In this document: positions 27,101-36,247 of the stretch, in pieces
Position numbering within the stretch: position 1 is the first letter of the stretch
Layout: the number at the start of each line of letters is the position of its first letter
Assembly: GCA_937897075.1 (NCBI GenBank)
Contig: CALCPI010000268.1
Location: 2,521 to 66,520, forward strand
Source of the DNA: an uncultured Verrucomicrobiales bacterium
GTDB lineage: Bacteria > Verrucomicrobiota > Verrucomicrobiia > Verrucomicrobiales > DEV007
Direction: 5' to 3'
Length of the DNA: 64,000 nucleotides
Notes under the pieces: model-generated
The model's database searches: none
Told to the model about the DNA's origin: nothing
The model's input: the letters and a program-made list of their open reading frames with translations, nothing else
Program-made: the position numbers and the translations under genes

Positions 27101-28178
27101 ATCGAAAGACGATAGCGATCGCCTGCTTGCCTACCGCGTGCTCCGCAATGCCGAATACAAATTCGACAAATCGACCATGAACCGGCTCGTTGAAGACAAC
27201 TCCCCTGCCGTCCGCCGGGAAGTCGCTGTGTCTCTTCGCTATATTGATGCTGCTGAGAAAACTGATTGGGTAGTTTCTTTACTGACCCGTTTACCCAAAG
27301 ACGATCGCACCTATCTGGAAGCATGTGGTCTTGCCGCAGAAACAGCAGAGGCGGATATCTGGGAACAACTGGAAGGCAAAATGGGAGGCGATTCTCCAAG
27401 TGAATGGAGCGACCAGTTTGCCCGGATTTCCTGGCGTTTGCAAGTGGAGGCGGCTGTGCCTGCTCTCGTTGTTCGAGCCAAGGACGAAACACTAACCGAT
27501 GCGCAACGAGCCCTCGCTGTCGAAACTCTCGCATTTACCCGAAGCCAGGCTTCTGCCGATGCGATGGCGAAACTGGCAGCTACCGAAAACCTCCCAGCAA
27601 AGCGCTGGCTCCTTGCGCGGGCATGGGGCGAATGGGAGTCCTTTGGAGTGCAGGACAAGCTGAAAGAGCTTGGTATCTACGATCCCGAAAATGTCACAAT
27701 CACTCCTATGGCGATGCCGAAGCCCAATGGTGAGTCAACACTGCCTCCAATTGCAGAAATCCTGAAATTGACCGGCGATCCCGATACCGGAAGAGCGCAG
27801 GCTGTCCGGTGCTACACCTGTCACAAAATCGAAGGCAACGGAATCGCCTACGGCCCCGATCTCCGGAAATGGATCACCGATCAGGGTCTCGAAGCCTTCT
27901 ATCGTGCCGTGATAGATCCCGCAGCCGAAATTGCTCATGGCTTCAATGGAGCCAGCGTAAAGCTGAAAGACGATAAGGGATACATCCACGGTCTTGCCAT
28001 CAGCCGGCAGGATCCGGTTATTATCCAATCCATGGGAGGTTTGACTCAAATTATTCCGAAGTCGCAAGTGGAGAAGGTTTCCAATTTCAAAGGTTCCCTG
28101 ATGCTTTCCGCTGATCAATTGGGGATGAATGCTCAAAACCTGGCCGACCTCGCCGCCTATTTGAAAATGGTGAACTGA
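24120..28178 (+). CDS. PVC-type heme-binding dehydrogenase-like fusion: ThuA - NPCBM - beta-propeller - HEAT repeats - cytochrome c
   Basis: Signal peptide from ATG 24120. ThuA motifs (GDHEFNAG, GGHYH), NPCBM (KGIGTHAP), propeller motifs (NPTNMDTDAQGRIWV, GFRNSYE, FRPSDV..G.DG.LYVSDW) and the heme motif CYTCH followed by GPDL. Confidence 0.88.
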   Translation: MKLLLKPLLCALVCALAVSATFAAEPTKILFLAGPRSHASGDHEFNAGCLLLAKALNEQSGLEIEATVIQGWPEDESAFDGVDAVIIYSDSTKVVGKGWAKTDELTKSGVGLMFMHYAVHPSAEQGKQYFQPWIGGAFETGWSVNPHWVADLKTLPDHAISNGVTDLVRAYDEFYYSMRFREERGEVLDLVTAVPTKERLKRIINLWNENGIKGLEKPQTLMWGVEREDGGRGVGFTGGHYHRNWAIDGFRKIALNAIVWVAGMEVPQGGVQSKPLTEDELNANLDDYGKPNPRIPLPKVEEFMALPPADFVTMEDLKKREAEKKAKGAKKKKAPRPAPAKAGPPAAYESPVMKSGAKERIASLDVDLGKSKELYLLVSNEGNTSHDWSDWLEPMIEFADGTKMSLTELDWDSAKSVGQTRKNKNYQNQKLIVDGKDFSKGIGTHAPSAIYFKLPKPAVRLTGKVALDDGGAIRGGKSTPAKVRFLVYTSAPPAGAESPASAASNFDPKNLDPQKVAADQFIVPDDLEVTVWATTPMLFNPTNMDTDAQGRIWVTEGVNYRRHKGRRPEGDRVVVLQDTTGDGKADSEHTFVQDPELEAPLGIAVMDNKIIVSQPPNLIIYTDVNRDLKFDTSVDKRENLLSGFNGRQHDHSLHAVTAGPDGKWYINQGNCGAKFTDGDGKTYSIGGPYQGGGGVFYNNNHELGGVVSDDGRIWTGGFAARMNRDTTGLTVIGHGFRNSYEHTVTSLGDVFQNDNDDPPACRVSWMMEGAFFGFFSRDGKRTWQADQRPGQSIPDAHWRQDSPGTTPPGDVYGSGSPTGITFYENGALPEKYNGTLLSCEARGQVIFGYQPKRDGAGFAMERTDFMKAKPGTLFRPSDVMIGADGALYVSDWFDLGVGGHADRDESLSGTIYRIAPKGFSPPENYKKDPASLLSSPSPNIRDAGWVALKAMGEDLLPAVKIVSENENPFVQARATWLLPFAGEKGIAKVTEMLTSKDDSDRLLAYRVLRNAEYKFDKSTMNRLVEDNSPAVRREVAVSLRYIDAAEKTDWVVSLLTRLPKDDRTYLEACGLAAETAEADIWEQLEGKMGGDSPSEWSDQFARISWRLQVEAAVPALVVRAKDETLTDAQRALAVETLAFTRSQASADAMAKLAATENLPAKRWLLARAWGEWESFGVQDKLKELGIYDPENVTITPMAMPKPNGESTLPPIAEILKLTGDPDTGRAQAVRCYTCHKIEGNGIAYGPDLRKWITDQGLEAFYRAVIDPAAEIAHGFNGASVKLKDDKGYIHGLAISRQDPVIIQSMGGLTQIIPKSQVEKVSNFKGSLMLSADQLGMNAQNLADLAAYLKMVN

Positions 28179-28340
28179 TAGAGATTAAGCATCCTTCAAG
28201 ATCGTGGATTACCAGTCGAAGCCTACGCATAATTCTTGACCCACCACATCTGATTCGTCCCATTTAGTTTTACCAATAGGTGCGCTTTTTAAAGCAACAG
28301 CTGGAGAGCTGGAATGGAATAGCAGCCCGATTTTTCGGGG

Positions 28341-30155
28341 ATGAAAACACCCTCATTCCTTCGAAACTCGCGAACCGGCATTCTTACGGCAAGCCTCCTC
28401 CTTGCTGGATGGAGTCTGTCCGCCCAGGCCATTGAGAGAATCAACCTCGACACCATGGGCAACCAGGCTTCCGGGCCTTTCCCCGGCGGGGCTCGAATTT
28501 CGGCCGATGGCAACTTCGCAGTGTGGTCGACCGACTCTGCTCTGGATCCATCAGACAACAACGGTCTTCATGATGTCTACCTGCGCGATCTGAATACGAA
28601 CGTCGTTTCCCGGGTCTCGGTGGATGCAACTGGCGGAGATCCTGATGAAAATTCGACCAGTCCGGCGATATCTGCAGACGGGCGGTTCGTCGCGTTTGAA
28701 TCCCGGGCAAGCGATCTGCTTGGGGCCGGTATTGATACCAACTCTTTGTCCGACATTTTCGTTCGAGATGTGGTCAACGGTGTCACGACCCGCGTGTCGG
28801 TCGCGACTGGTGGGGCTCAATCCACCAGTGGGTTTGCCGGCTCAACCAGCCCCTCGATCACCGGTAACGGGCGCTATGTCGCTTTCAGCTCCGGTTCCGA
28901 CGATCTCATCGTGGGAGACAACAACGGCAATGAAGACATATTCCTACATGATCGAATTGCAAATAGCACCGTTCGTTTGAACCTCGGACCATTGTCTGCG
29001 GAGGCCTCCGGTGGAGAGTCCTCCTCTCCTGCGATTGCCGAAAACGGCAGCGTGGTTTTCTTTCTCTCTTCCGCCACCAATCTCGTTCCCGGAGTCACCA
29101 GTGGAAACCCGAATATCTTCGGCAGGGATCTCATGAGCAATAGCACCTTCCTGGCATCCAAAACCGCTGCGGGTGCCGAGCCGAACGGGGACTGCTTATT
29201 TCCCAGTGTCAGCGCAGACGGCAATCTGGTCGTCTACGCAAGTTCGGCATCCAACCTCGTTCCTATCGAAACCAGTATGGGCTACGACATCTATCTCTTC
29301 GACCGCAGTGGAGACACGACTACTCTCGTATCGGCGAACGTTGCAGGAACCCCGGCAAACGGTTTCACTTCTAATAATGCCCGAATTTCTGGAAACGGAG
29401 CTGTCGTCGGTTTCACCACCGACGCGAACAATCTCCTCTGGGAGCCGAGTGATAGCGGTGTCTATGACCTCTACGTCAAAGACTTGGCAAGCGGGAAAAT
29501 TGCTTTGGTATCCGTCGGACTCAATGGAGCGAATCCCAACGGAAACAGCGACGGTTTCCCGGATTTCACCGATGATGGAAGTGCAGTCATCTTTTCATCT
29601 CTGGCCGGGAACCTCGTCCCCAACGATACCAACATGAGTCGTGATATTTTCATCGGAAGAATGATCAAATTTCAACCGGACGATCAACCAGACAATTTAA
29701 TCGGCAAGAACACGAACATCTTTGCTGCCAGCGGGGATAATATCTACAACGCAACGGGCGGAGGACAGAAACTCACCCGCATATCCCGAAAGGCGAGACC
29801 CGTCACTGCCTTCTGGTTTATTCAAAATGATGGGGTTCACGACGACACCTTCACCCTCAAGGGCCCAATCGGGAACGCCTACTTCAAGATAAGCTACTTC
29901 CTCGGCGCCAACAATGAAACTGCGGCCATCAAACAGGGAGTGTTCACTACGGATTCCATCGCACCACCGGAGCACCAGGTCTTTCGAGTGATCTGCAAAC
30001 CATCACGTAGCAGGCTGAAGAAAGTGAAGAAGGTGCGGGGAAGAAAAAGAAGAACGGTCTGGTTGAAGAGAAACTACACCGCAAAATTGACTTCCACCTC
30101 AACCAGCGATCAGGCAGCAAAAGATACGGCGGCACTCCTGATCAAGCACAAGTAA
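28341..30155 (+). CDS. Secreted TolB-like/PD40 7-bladed beta-propeller protein with a basic C-terminal domain
   Basis: Signal peptide and seven P.IS.[DN]G..V.F.S...NL...D.N...DIF repeats; the last 157 aa are K/R-rich. Confidence 0.88.
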   Translation: MKTPSFLRNSRTGILTASLLLAGWSLSAQAIERINLDTMGNQASGPFPGGARISADGNFAVWSTDSALDPSDNNGLHDVYLRDLNTNVVSRVSVDATGGDPDENSTSPAISADGRFVAFESRASDLLGAGIDTNSLSDIFVRDVVNGVTTRVSVATGGAQSTSGFAGSTSPSITGNGRYVAFSSGSDDLIVGDNNGNEDIFLHDRIANSTVRLNLGPLSAEASGGESSSPAIAENGSVVFFLSSATNLVPGVTSGNPNIFGRDLMSNSTFLASKTAAGAEPNGDCLFPSVSADGNLVVYASSASNLVPIETSMGYDIYLFDRSGDTTTLVSANVAGTPANGFTSNNARISGNGAVVGFTTDANNLLWEPSDSGVYDLYVKDLASGKIALVSVGLNGANPNGNSDGFPDFTDDGSAVIFSSLAGNLVPNDTNMSRDIFIGRMIKFQPDDQPDNLIGKNTNIFAASGDNIYNATGGGQKLTRISRKARPVTAFWFIQNDGVHDDTFTLKGPIGNAYFKISYFLGANNETAAIKQGVFTTDSIAPPEHQVFRVICKPSRSRLKKVKKVRGRKRRTVWLKRNYTAKLTSTSTSDQAAKDTAALLIKHK

Positions 30156-30504
30156 CAAGTTGATTGAACGCGCCACACCTCCCCTTCTTTCCTGCGCTCG
30201 ACAATCGGGTGGGCAAGCCCGGTTTGCTGAATCGCTGAAGCGCGATAATCGTGGGCCCTTACAAAGGGTATCGGGTATCTCCGATGCTCTTTATTTGCTG
30301 TTAAACTTCATCAAATCTCTCAACCAATCCTATATGTATCGTCATCGATAGAAAATCCATTGTGCCCCTGATCGGAAAGCATTGTCATGGCCGCTGGCAT
30401 ACGAAACAAATTGAAGCAATCGTATTTCCTGCCATTCGAGAAAGGAGCGAGACCATTGCCTGATCAAGGAGTTTAATCCGATATAAGACCATCCAAATTA
30501 TTGC

Positions 30505-31578
30505 ATGAAGCTAAGTCAGTTTATTCTTCTCATTCTTTTCGTATGTGATCTCGGATTCAGCCAGGAGCCCGAGACCAAAAAACAACTTAGCCCCAATGAG
30601 CGCCTGGCGGGAATCCTCAAGAAATTCCCGCAGAGTGACGCCAACAAGGATGGGTCTCTTAGCAGAGAGGAAGCCGTCGCCTTTTTTCGCAAGCGTAGAG
30701 AAGGCATGGAGAAACCGAACAACAAACGGCGCGGTGGCGCCGAGCCGAGCCACGCCGACATTGCCTACGGCGATCATGAGAAGCAAGCTTTCGATATCTG
30801 GCTCGTTCCGGACGCAACGGAGCCAACGCCTCTGGTAATCTTCATCCATGGCGGAGGCTTCCGCAGCGGTGACAAGTCTGCAGCGCCGCCCTCAGTCGTC
30901 GACAAATACCTGAAATCCGGCGTCGCCTTCGCGGCGATGAACTATCGGCTTTCCGATGTCGGCCCGTATCCAATCATGATGAACGACGCTGCTCGCGGGC
31001 TTCAGACGATCCGCCACCGCGCTGCGGGATGGAATATCGACCCGGAAAGAATCGCCTGCTACGGGGGCTCCGCCGGGGCAGGTATTTCGCTCTGGTTGGG
31101 CTTTCACGAAGATCTCGCCGATCCTGACAGCGACGATCCCATCTCGCGCCAATCCACTCGCATCGTTGCTGCTGGAACGATGAATGGTCAATCCACCTAC
31201 GACATCAATGTCTTTCGCGAATGGTTCGGCGTTCCTGATATGGAGCCGGGGCCTGCCCTCCCGGCATTTTACGGAATTGAGTCGGAATCCGATTGGGAAA
31301 GTGACAGCGTAAAAAGTCTCATGGTAGACGCATCAAGCATTAATCATCTCACGAAAGACGATGTGCCCGTCTACATGATCTACAGCCGCCCTAACACAAT
31401 CGTCACCGTCGAGACGGGTTCGAGCGAATGGGTCCATCACGTGAAGCTCGGCCTCAGGCTCCAGGAGGCAATGAACAAGTTCGATCTTGAGTGTATTGTC
31501 ACTGGTCCCGATGTGATTCCGGAAGACGATCCTTACGGTTCACTTGAGGAATTTCTGATCGAAAAAGTGAAGAGCTGA
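30505..31578 (+). CDS. Secreted EF-hand plus alpha/beta-hydrolase (esterase)
   Basis: Signal peptide, EF-hand DANKDGSLSREE, IHGGGF, GGSAGA and C-terminal HH..LG. Confidence 0.85.
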   Translation: MKLSQFILLILFVCDLGFSQEPETKKQLSPNERLAGILKKFPQSDANKDGSLSREEAVAFFRKRREGMEKPNNKRRGGAEPSHADIAYGDHEKQAFDIWLVPDATEPTPLVIFIHGGGFRSGDKSAAPPSVVDKYLKSGVAFAAMNYRLSDVGPYPIMMNDAARGLQTIRHRAAGWNIDPERIACYGGSAGAGISLWLGFHEDLADPDSDDPISRQSTRIVAAGTMNGQSTYDINVFREWFGVPDMEPGPALPAFYGIESESDWESDSVKSLMVDASSINHLTKDDVPVYMIYSRPNTIVTVETGSSEWVHHVKLGLRLQEAMNKFDLECIVTGPDVIPEDDPYGSLEEFLIEKVKS

Positions 31579-31812
31579 GGAGCTTGAGGAATTTCCCGAA
31601 AACACGGCCAGTTCCTCCATGGCTGAACAGGAGCGATGAGACGTCCAGGCACATTCCCCCGAAGCATCGACAAAGGCTTGTGTCATTGTTCTACTACGAC
31701 CTCGCTCAATGGCTTAAGGACCACCGATTCTTTGAACTCTCAAAAGGTCACCCGTCAGTTCTTTTAAAAAAAACCAGTCACAAAACGGTGTCGATGTTTA
31801 AGTGGTAAGTGA

Positions 31813-32355
31813 ATGGCTCAAAATATCGACGAATCTACCCGGCAAGTCACCCGCCTCTGGACCCTGGCACAGCCACGAGTCTCTGCGTTCGTGACTTCGG
31901 TCGTGCGCGATTTTCGAGATCGTGACGATCTGATGCAGGAAATCGCAGTCGCGATATTCGAGTCCTTTGACTCTTACGATCCAAATCGACCGTTTCCACA
32001 ATGGGCGCTTGGCGTAGCGCGGAATCAATTCAAGACCTACCTCCGCAAACGGAAACGTGATCGAGAGCGGCTCGTGTTCGATAACGAGACGGTAGCGTGC
32101 GTGGAATCGGCCTTTGCAAGCGCGTCTTCCGGGGAACTGCAACAAATGGAGTTCCTCCAGGAATGCGTTCAGGAACTCGACGGACGAGGACGGCAACTGT
32201 GCGAAATGCGCTACCAGGACGAACTGAAGCCGGCGACGATTAGCGAGGCAATCGGATTGCCGGGGACGGCGGTTCGCAAGGCACTCCAGAGGATTCGAGA
32301 ACAACTTCGCAAGTGTGTCGAGCGCAAGGCGGCAACGGAGGGGCTTGGCCAATGA
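31813..32355 (+). CDS. ECF sigma-70 factor (Rhodopirellula/Verrucomicrobium type)
   Basis: Region 2: DDLMQE...W..GVARN. Region 4: LC.MRY......I...IG.....VRKALQRIR..LRKC. Confidence 0.93.
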   Translation: MAQNIDESTRQVTRLWTLAQPRVSAFVTSVVRDFRDRDDLMQEIAVAIFESFDSYDPNRPFPQWALGVARNQFKTYLRKRKRDRERLVFDNETVACVESAFASASSGELQQMEFLQECVQELDGRGRQLCEMRYQDELKPATISEAIGLPGTAVRKALQRIREQLRKCVERKAATEGLGQ

Positions 32356-33653
32356 GTGACGAAATGGAAGATGAAATCAACGCCTACCTGGATGAGTCCC
32401 TCTCCAGTGATGAGATGGCGGCACTGGCGGATTGGATCAAGGCGGATCCTGCGAATGCCCGAAGGTTCGCAATGGCTTCGATGCTGCACGACCGACTGCA
32501 AAGCGAAATGAGCGCGATGAAGTCGGAAGAAGCGGAAAAGATCATCCCCTTCCCCGCTTCATGGTGGGCGATCGCTGCAACGGCTGCCGCGGTAGTACTG
32601 TTTTTCGGAATCTGGCAGTTCTCGAACTCGAATCAAAACACCGACACTTTTGTGAGGATCGTCCGAGTGGAGGGAACCAGCTTGAAAGCCGGAGAGCGAA
32701 GAGGAGCCGGAGCAGTTCAATTGGATTCCGGCATGCTGCGGATCTTGTTCGACAGCGGTGTGGAGGTCACGCTCCAGGGACCAGCAGATTTCGAACTGAT
32801 CAAGGGCGATCTCATGCTCCTCAGCTCGGGTTTACTCACTGCCAATGTTCCGCCGGGAGCGGAAGGTTTTCGGGTCGATACCCCAAGCGCGCAGATTACG
32901 GACCTGGGTACCGCGTTCGGAGTTCATCTCGACTCAGACGGAGCCTCACATGTGTCCGTGTTTGATGGCGAAGTGGAAGTCGAGGAACCGGCGTCCGGCA
33001 CCATTAAGAGGTTAATCGAAGGTGAGGAGGTGGTCGTCACACCGGAACGTTCTGTTGAATCCGTTCCTCTTGATCTCACGCCCTACGAAAAACTCTGGCC
33101 GATTTCATCTGGAATCGAAGGTTCCACTGGAACGTTCAAACTAGCTCCGCCATGGCCACGCCGTCTGGGGCTGCAAATGAGCAACGATCATATCTCTATT
33201 GTTGCAGACGGCTACCGCCAAAAGCTCAGCGAACCGCTGAAGGTGAATATCTCAAGGGCCGGAAATGTGAGCGAGCTGGATCAACTCTCCCCGGCCGAGA
33301 TTCCGGCGGGAAGTCCACTCAGAAGCTACATTCTCCAATACCGGCCCGAGGAAGTGTTTTCACGCCGCTCTCCGGGCCGCTTGAAAGGAACAATCAGGTT
33401 CGATCATCCTGTCGCGGGTCTCATCGTTCTCCATGAGGAGTTTAAGGCCAGTGCCGGTCTGTTCTCGAGTAGGAAGACTGGCGAAGCGCATCCAAACCGA
33501 GAGCTGGAATTGACAGGTAGACCGAATGGTGACCGGATTGAGCTAAGCAAAGACATGCACACGCTCAGCGTCGATCTGGCGGGCTCGCGAAAGTCGTTCG
33601 ATATCATTCGGGTAGTTGTGGATGCCTCTGATTCCGGTCCCGGGAAAAATTAA
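32352..33653 (+). CDS. FecR-like transmembrane anti-sigma factor
   Basis: ATGA overlap with the sigma factor stop. Acidic N-terminal anti-sigma segment, one TM, and FecR motifs SGVEVTLQGP, F.V.TP.A.I.DLGT.FGV and V.VFDGEVEV. Confidence 0.88.
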   Translation: MSDEMEDEINAYLDESLSSDEMAALADWIKADPANARRFAMASMLHDRLQSEMSAMKSEEAEKIIPFPASWWAIAATAAAVVLFFGIWQFSNSNQNTDTFVRIVRVEGTSLKAGERRGAGAVQLDSGMLRILFDSGVEVTLQGPADFELIKGDLMLLSSGLLTANVPPGAEGFRVDTPSAQITDLGTAFGVHLDSDGASHVSVFDGEVEVEEPASGTIKRLIEGEEVVVTPERSVESVPLDLTPYEKLWPISSGIEGSTGTFKLAPPWPRRLGLQMSNDHISIVADGYRQKLSEPLKVNISRAGNVSELDQLSPAEIPAGSPLRSYILQYRPEEVFSRRSPGRLKGTIRFDHPVAGLIVLHEEFKASAGLFSSRKTGEAHPNRELELTGRPNGDRIELSKDMHTLSVDLAGSRKSFDIIRVVVDASDSGPGKN

Positions 33654-33710
33654 TTCAAAAACTTGGTCACAAAACTCCGGGGAAATCTAAGTGATGAACA
33701 AAGAGATCTT

Positions 33711-36206
33711 ATGGAAACCAAGGCACCTTACCCTCCCAACAAAACACTCCTGGCCATCGCGCTTGGACTTACCGTATTAACAGGCCGGGGTTTCGGACAA
33801 TCGGCGATTTCACCGGAGCAGGCCGCGTTTTTTGAGACGAAGATCCGGCCCGTCCTCGTAGATTCCTGCTACGAATGTCACTCTAAAGAAGCGGGACAGA
33901 AAAAGGGAGGGCTCTCCCTGGATACCCGTTTTGCGCTTCGTGATGGCGGCAATTCAGGGCCGGGCGTAGTTCCCGGTAAACTGGAGGAAAGCTGGGTCTG
34001 GCTCGCAGTTTCGCATACTGAGTCGGACTATGAAATGCCGCCGAAAAATAAGCTTCCGGACTACGTGATCGAAGATTTCAAAACGTGGATTGAGATGGGT
34101 GCGCCCGACCCACGCGAGGGTGAAAAGGCGGTCGATTCCAAAATCGATATCGAAGCCGGCAAGCAGTTCTGGTCGTTTCAGCCCCCAAGACGCGAGGCGC
34201 CTCCCGTAGTGAAGGCTCAAGAATGGGCAAAAACGGGCATAGACCGATTCATCTACGCCGGACTGGAATCAGAAGGTCTCGAGCCAGCGAGACCGGCGGA
34301 TGCCCACGCAATTCTGCGACGCCTCTGTTTCGATCTGATTGGGATGCCTCCGACCTTGGAGTTTACAAAGCAGTTTCATCGTGCCTGGAAAGACGATCCT
34401 GACAAGGCCATTCAAACCACAGTTGATCGACTTTTGCTCAGCAGTCAATTTGGAGAGCGTTGGGGCAGGCACTGGCTTGATGTCGCTCGTTATGCGGAAT
34501 CCAACGGCAAAGGGGCGAACCAGTCCTTCCCGAATGCGTGGCGCTATCGCGATTACGTCATCGATTCGTTCAACGAAGACAAACCCTTCGATCGACTCAT
34601 TCTCGAACAACTCGCTGGCGATCTGATCCCGATCAATTCGGACAAGGATAGACAGGAAAACCTCATCGCTACCGGTTTCCTGGCCATCGGACCCAAGGAC
34701 CTTCGAGAGAAGAGCAGTCGCCAATTTACCATGGAAATGATCGATGAGCAGATCAACACCACTTCAACTGCCTTCCTCGGGCTTACCGTTTCCTGCGCTC
34801 GTTGTCACGACCACAAAACTGATCCGATTCCGACTCTCGACTACTACGCTCTTGCTGGAGTCTTCCTCAGTTCGAATACCCACTACGGAACCGATGGTAT
34901 TGGCGGTCGGTTCAACCAGGGTGAGCTGATTCAGCTCCCATTGGCCAGCGAAATGGTCGAAACTTTCACCGCAGCCGAGATCGCCAAAATGCAGACGGAA
35001 CTGGTAGGTGTGAAGGAAGCGTTAAGCGTTCTCCATAACGAAAAACGGGCACGGATGCAGATGGCAGCCGAAGACAATGTGGAGAATGGAGGCAAGCGCG
35101 GAAGCGCCAAGAAACTTCGGGCCAAGGCAAGCGAATTGGAGGAAAGGCTCGGTTCGCTCAACGGCGCGGGAACGGTGAAGGCCTATGCTATGGGCATGGC
35201 CGACAAGGAGCAGCCCGTGAATAGCCACGTCCTCGTACGCGGAGAGATCGACAGCCCTGCACAAGTCGTTCCACGCGGGTTTCTTCAGGTCCTGGACCAT
35301 TCGCCGGCTACTATTCGTGAAGACTCGAGCGGCCGTCTCGAGATGGCTCAATGGATCGCGTCAAATCGGAATCCTCTGACGGCGCGTGTCTTCGTAAATC
35401 GCGTCTGGGAAAAACTCTTTGGTCTGGGGCTCGTCGCTTCGGTGGATAATTTCGGGACAACAGGGCAGGCGCCGACTCATCCCGAGTTGCTCGACTACCT
35501 GGCTATCCAGTTCATGGATAGCGGTTGGTCCTTGAAGAAGCTCGTTCGCGAAATCGTCCTAACCCGAACCTATCAGCAGAGTTCGGAGTTTCATTCTCCC
35601 AACTACAGCAAAGACCCGGAGAACAATTTCCTCTGGCGGGCTGCGCCGAAAAGGCTCGATGCGGAGTCGTTTCGCGATACGATTCTCGCCGCCACCGGGC
35701 AACTAAAGCTGGAACGCCCCTTTCGCTCTCCGGTCGCTGAACATGGGCTCGAAGAGTTTGGGCGTCGTGGCAGCCCGGATGCCGTCTCCGATTTCCCACC
35801 CTATCGGTCGGTTTACCTGCCGCCGATTCGAGACGCCATGCCCGAATTTATCGAAGTCTTCGATGGTGCCGATCCTAACATTGCCACGGGCAGTCGCGAG
35901 GTTTCCAACGGCGCTGAGCAATCCCTCTTTCTCATGAATAGCCCCTTCATCAGGGAACAGGCTAATCATTTCGCCGACCTGCTCCAACAAGACGCCAATC
36001 AGATGGGCGACCAGGTGCGCCTGGCTTTCAAGCGGGTCTATGGAAGGCCTCCCTCCAAAGGTGAATATGAGAGCGCGATTCGTTTCTACAAGGAGTTCAT
36101 GCCATCGATCAAAGGGGAACTCGATGAGCCCGAGGCCGGGCAGGAGTTTCTCAAACTGTTTTGCCAGGGCCTGCTCTGCAGCGCCGAAATCCGGTACCTC
36201 CGCTAA
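33711..36206 (+). CDS. PSD1 / planctomycete cytochrome c protein (DUF1549 + DUF1553)
   Basis: FFETKIRPVLVDSCYECH, GERWGRHWLDVARYAES, AWRYRD, CARCHDHK, NPLTARVFVNRVW, PTHPELLD.LA and RLDAE..RD. Confidence 0.93.
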   Translation: METKAPYPPNKTLLAIALGLTVLTGRGFGQSAISPEQAAFFETKIRPVLVDSCYECHSKEAGQKKGGLSLDTRFALRDGGNSGPGVVPGKLEESWVWLAVSHTESDYEMPPKNKLPDYVIEDFKTWIEMGAPDPREGEKAVDSKIDIEAGKQFWSFQPPRREAPPVVKAQEWAKTGIDRFIYAGLESEGLEPARPADAHAILRRLCFDLIGMPPTLEFTKQFHRAWKDDPDKAIQTTVDRLLLSSQFGERWGRHWLDVARYAESNGKGANQSFPNAWRYRDYVIDSFNEDKPFDRLILEQLAGDLIPINSDKDRQENLIATGFLAIGPKDLREKSSRQFTMEMIDEQINTTSTAFLGLTVSCARCHDHKTDPIPTLDYYALAGVFLSSNTHYGTDGIGGRFNQGELIQLPLASEMVETFTAAEIAKMQTELVGVKEALSVLHNEKRARMQMAAEDNVENGGKRGSAKKLRAKASELEERLGSLNGAGTVKAYAMGMADKEQPVNSHVLVRGEIDSPAQVVPRGFLQVLDHSPATIREDSSGRLEMAQWIASNRNPLTARVFVNRVWEKLFGLGLVASVDNFGTTGQAPTHPELLDYLAIQFMDSGWSLKKLVREIVLTRTYQQSSEFHSPNYSKDPENNFLWRAAPKRLDAESFRDTILAATGQLKLERPFRSPVAEHGLEEFGRRGSPDAVSDFPPYRSVYLPPIRDAMPEFIEVFDGADPNIATGSREVSNGAEQSLFLMNSPFIREQANHFADLLQQDANQMGDQVRLAFKRVYGRPPSKGEYESAIRFYKEFMPSIKGELDEPEAGQEFLKLFCQGLLCSAEIRYLR

Positions 36207-36220
36207 ACCAAAAACCAGGC

Positions 36221-36236
36221 AACCAACCAACCAACC
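36221..36236 (+). repeat. Short tandem repeat (AACC)x4 in the DUF1553-DUF1501 spacer
   Basis: Read directly as aaccaaccaaccaacc, ending 11 bp before ATG 36248. Confidence 0.8.
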
Positions 36237-36247
36237 ATCCATCAGTT

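Noticed and set aside
30160-30351. 63-aa ORF in the 350-bp intergenic gap
   Set aside because: No signal, motif or ribosome-binding context, and no recognisable ncRNA or riboswitch either. It cannot be supported without expression data.
31584-31808. 74-aa ORF upstream of the ECF sigma factor
   Set aside because: Atypical composition; it spans the likely promoter region, including an A8 tract.
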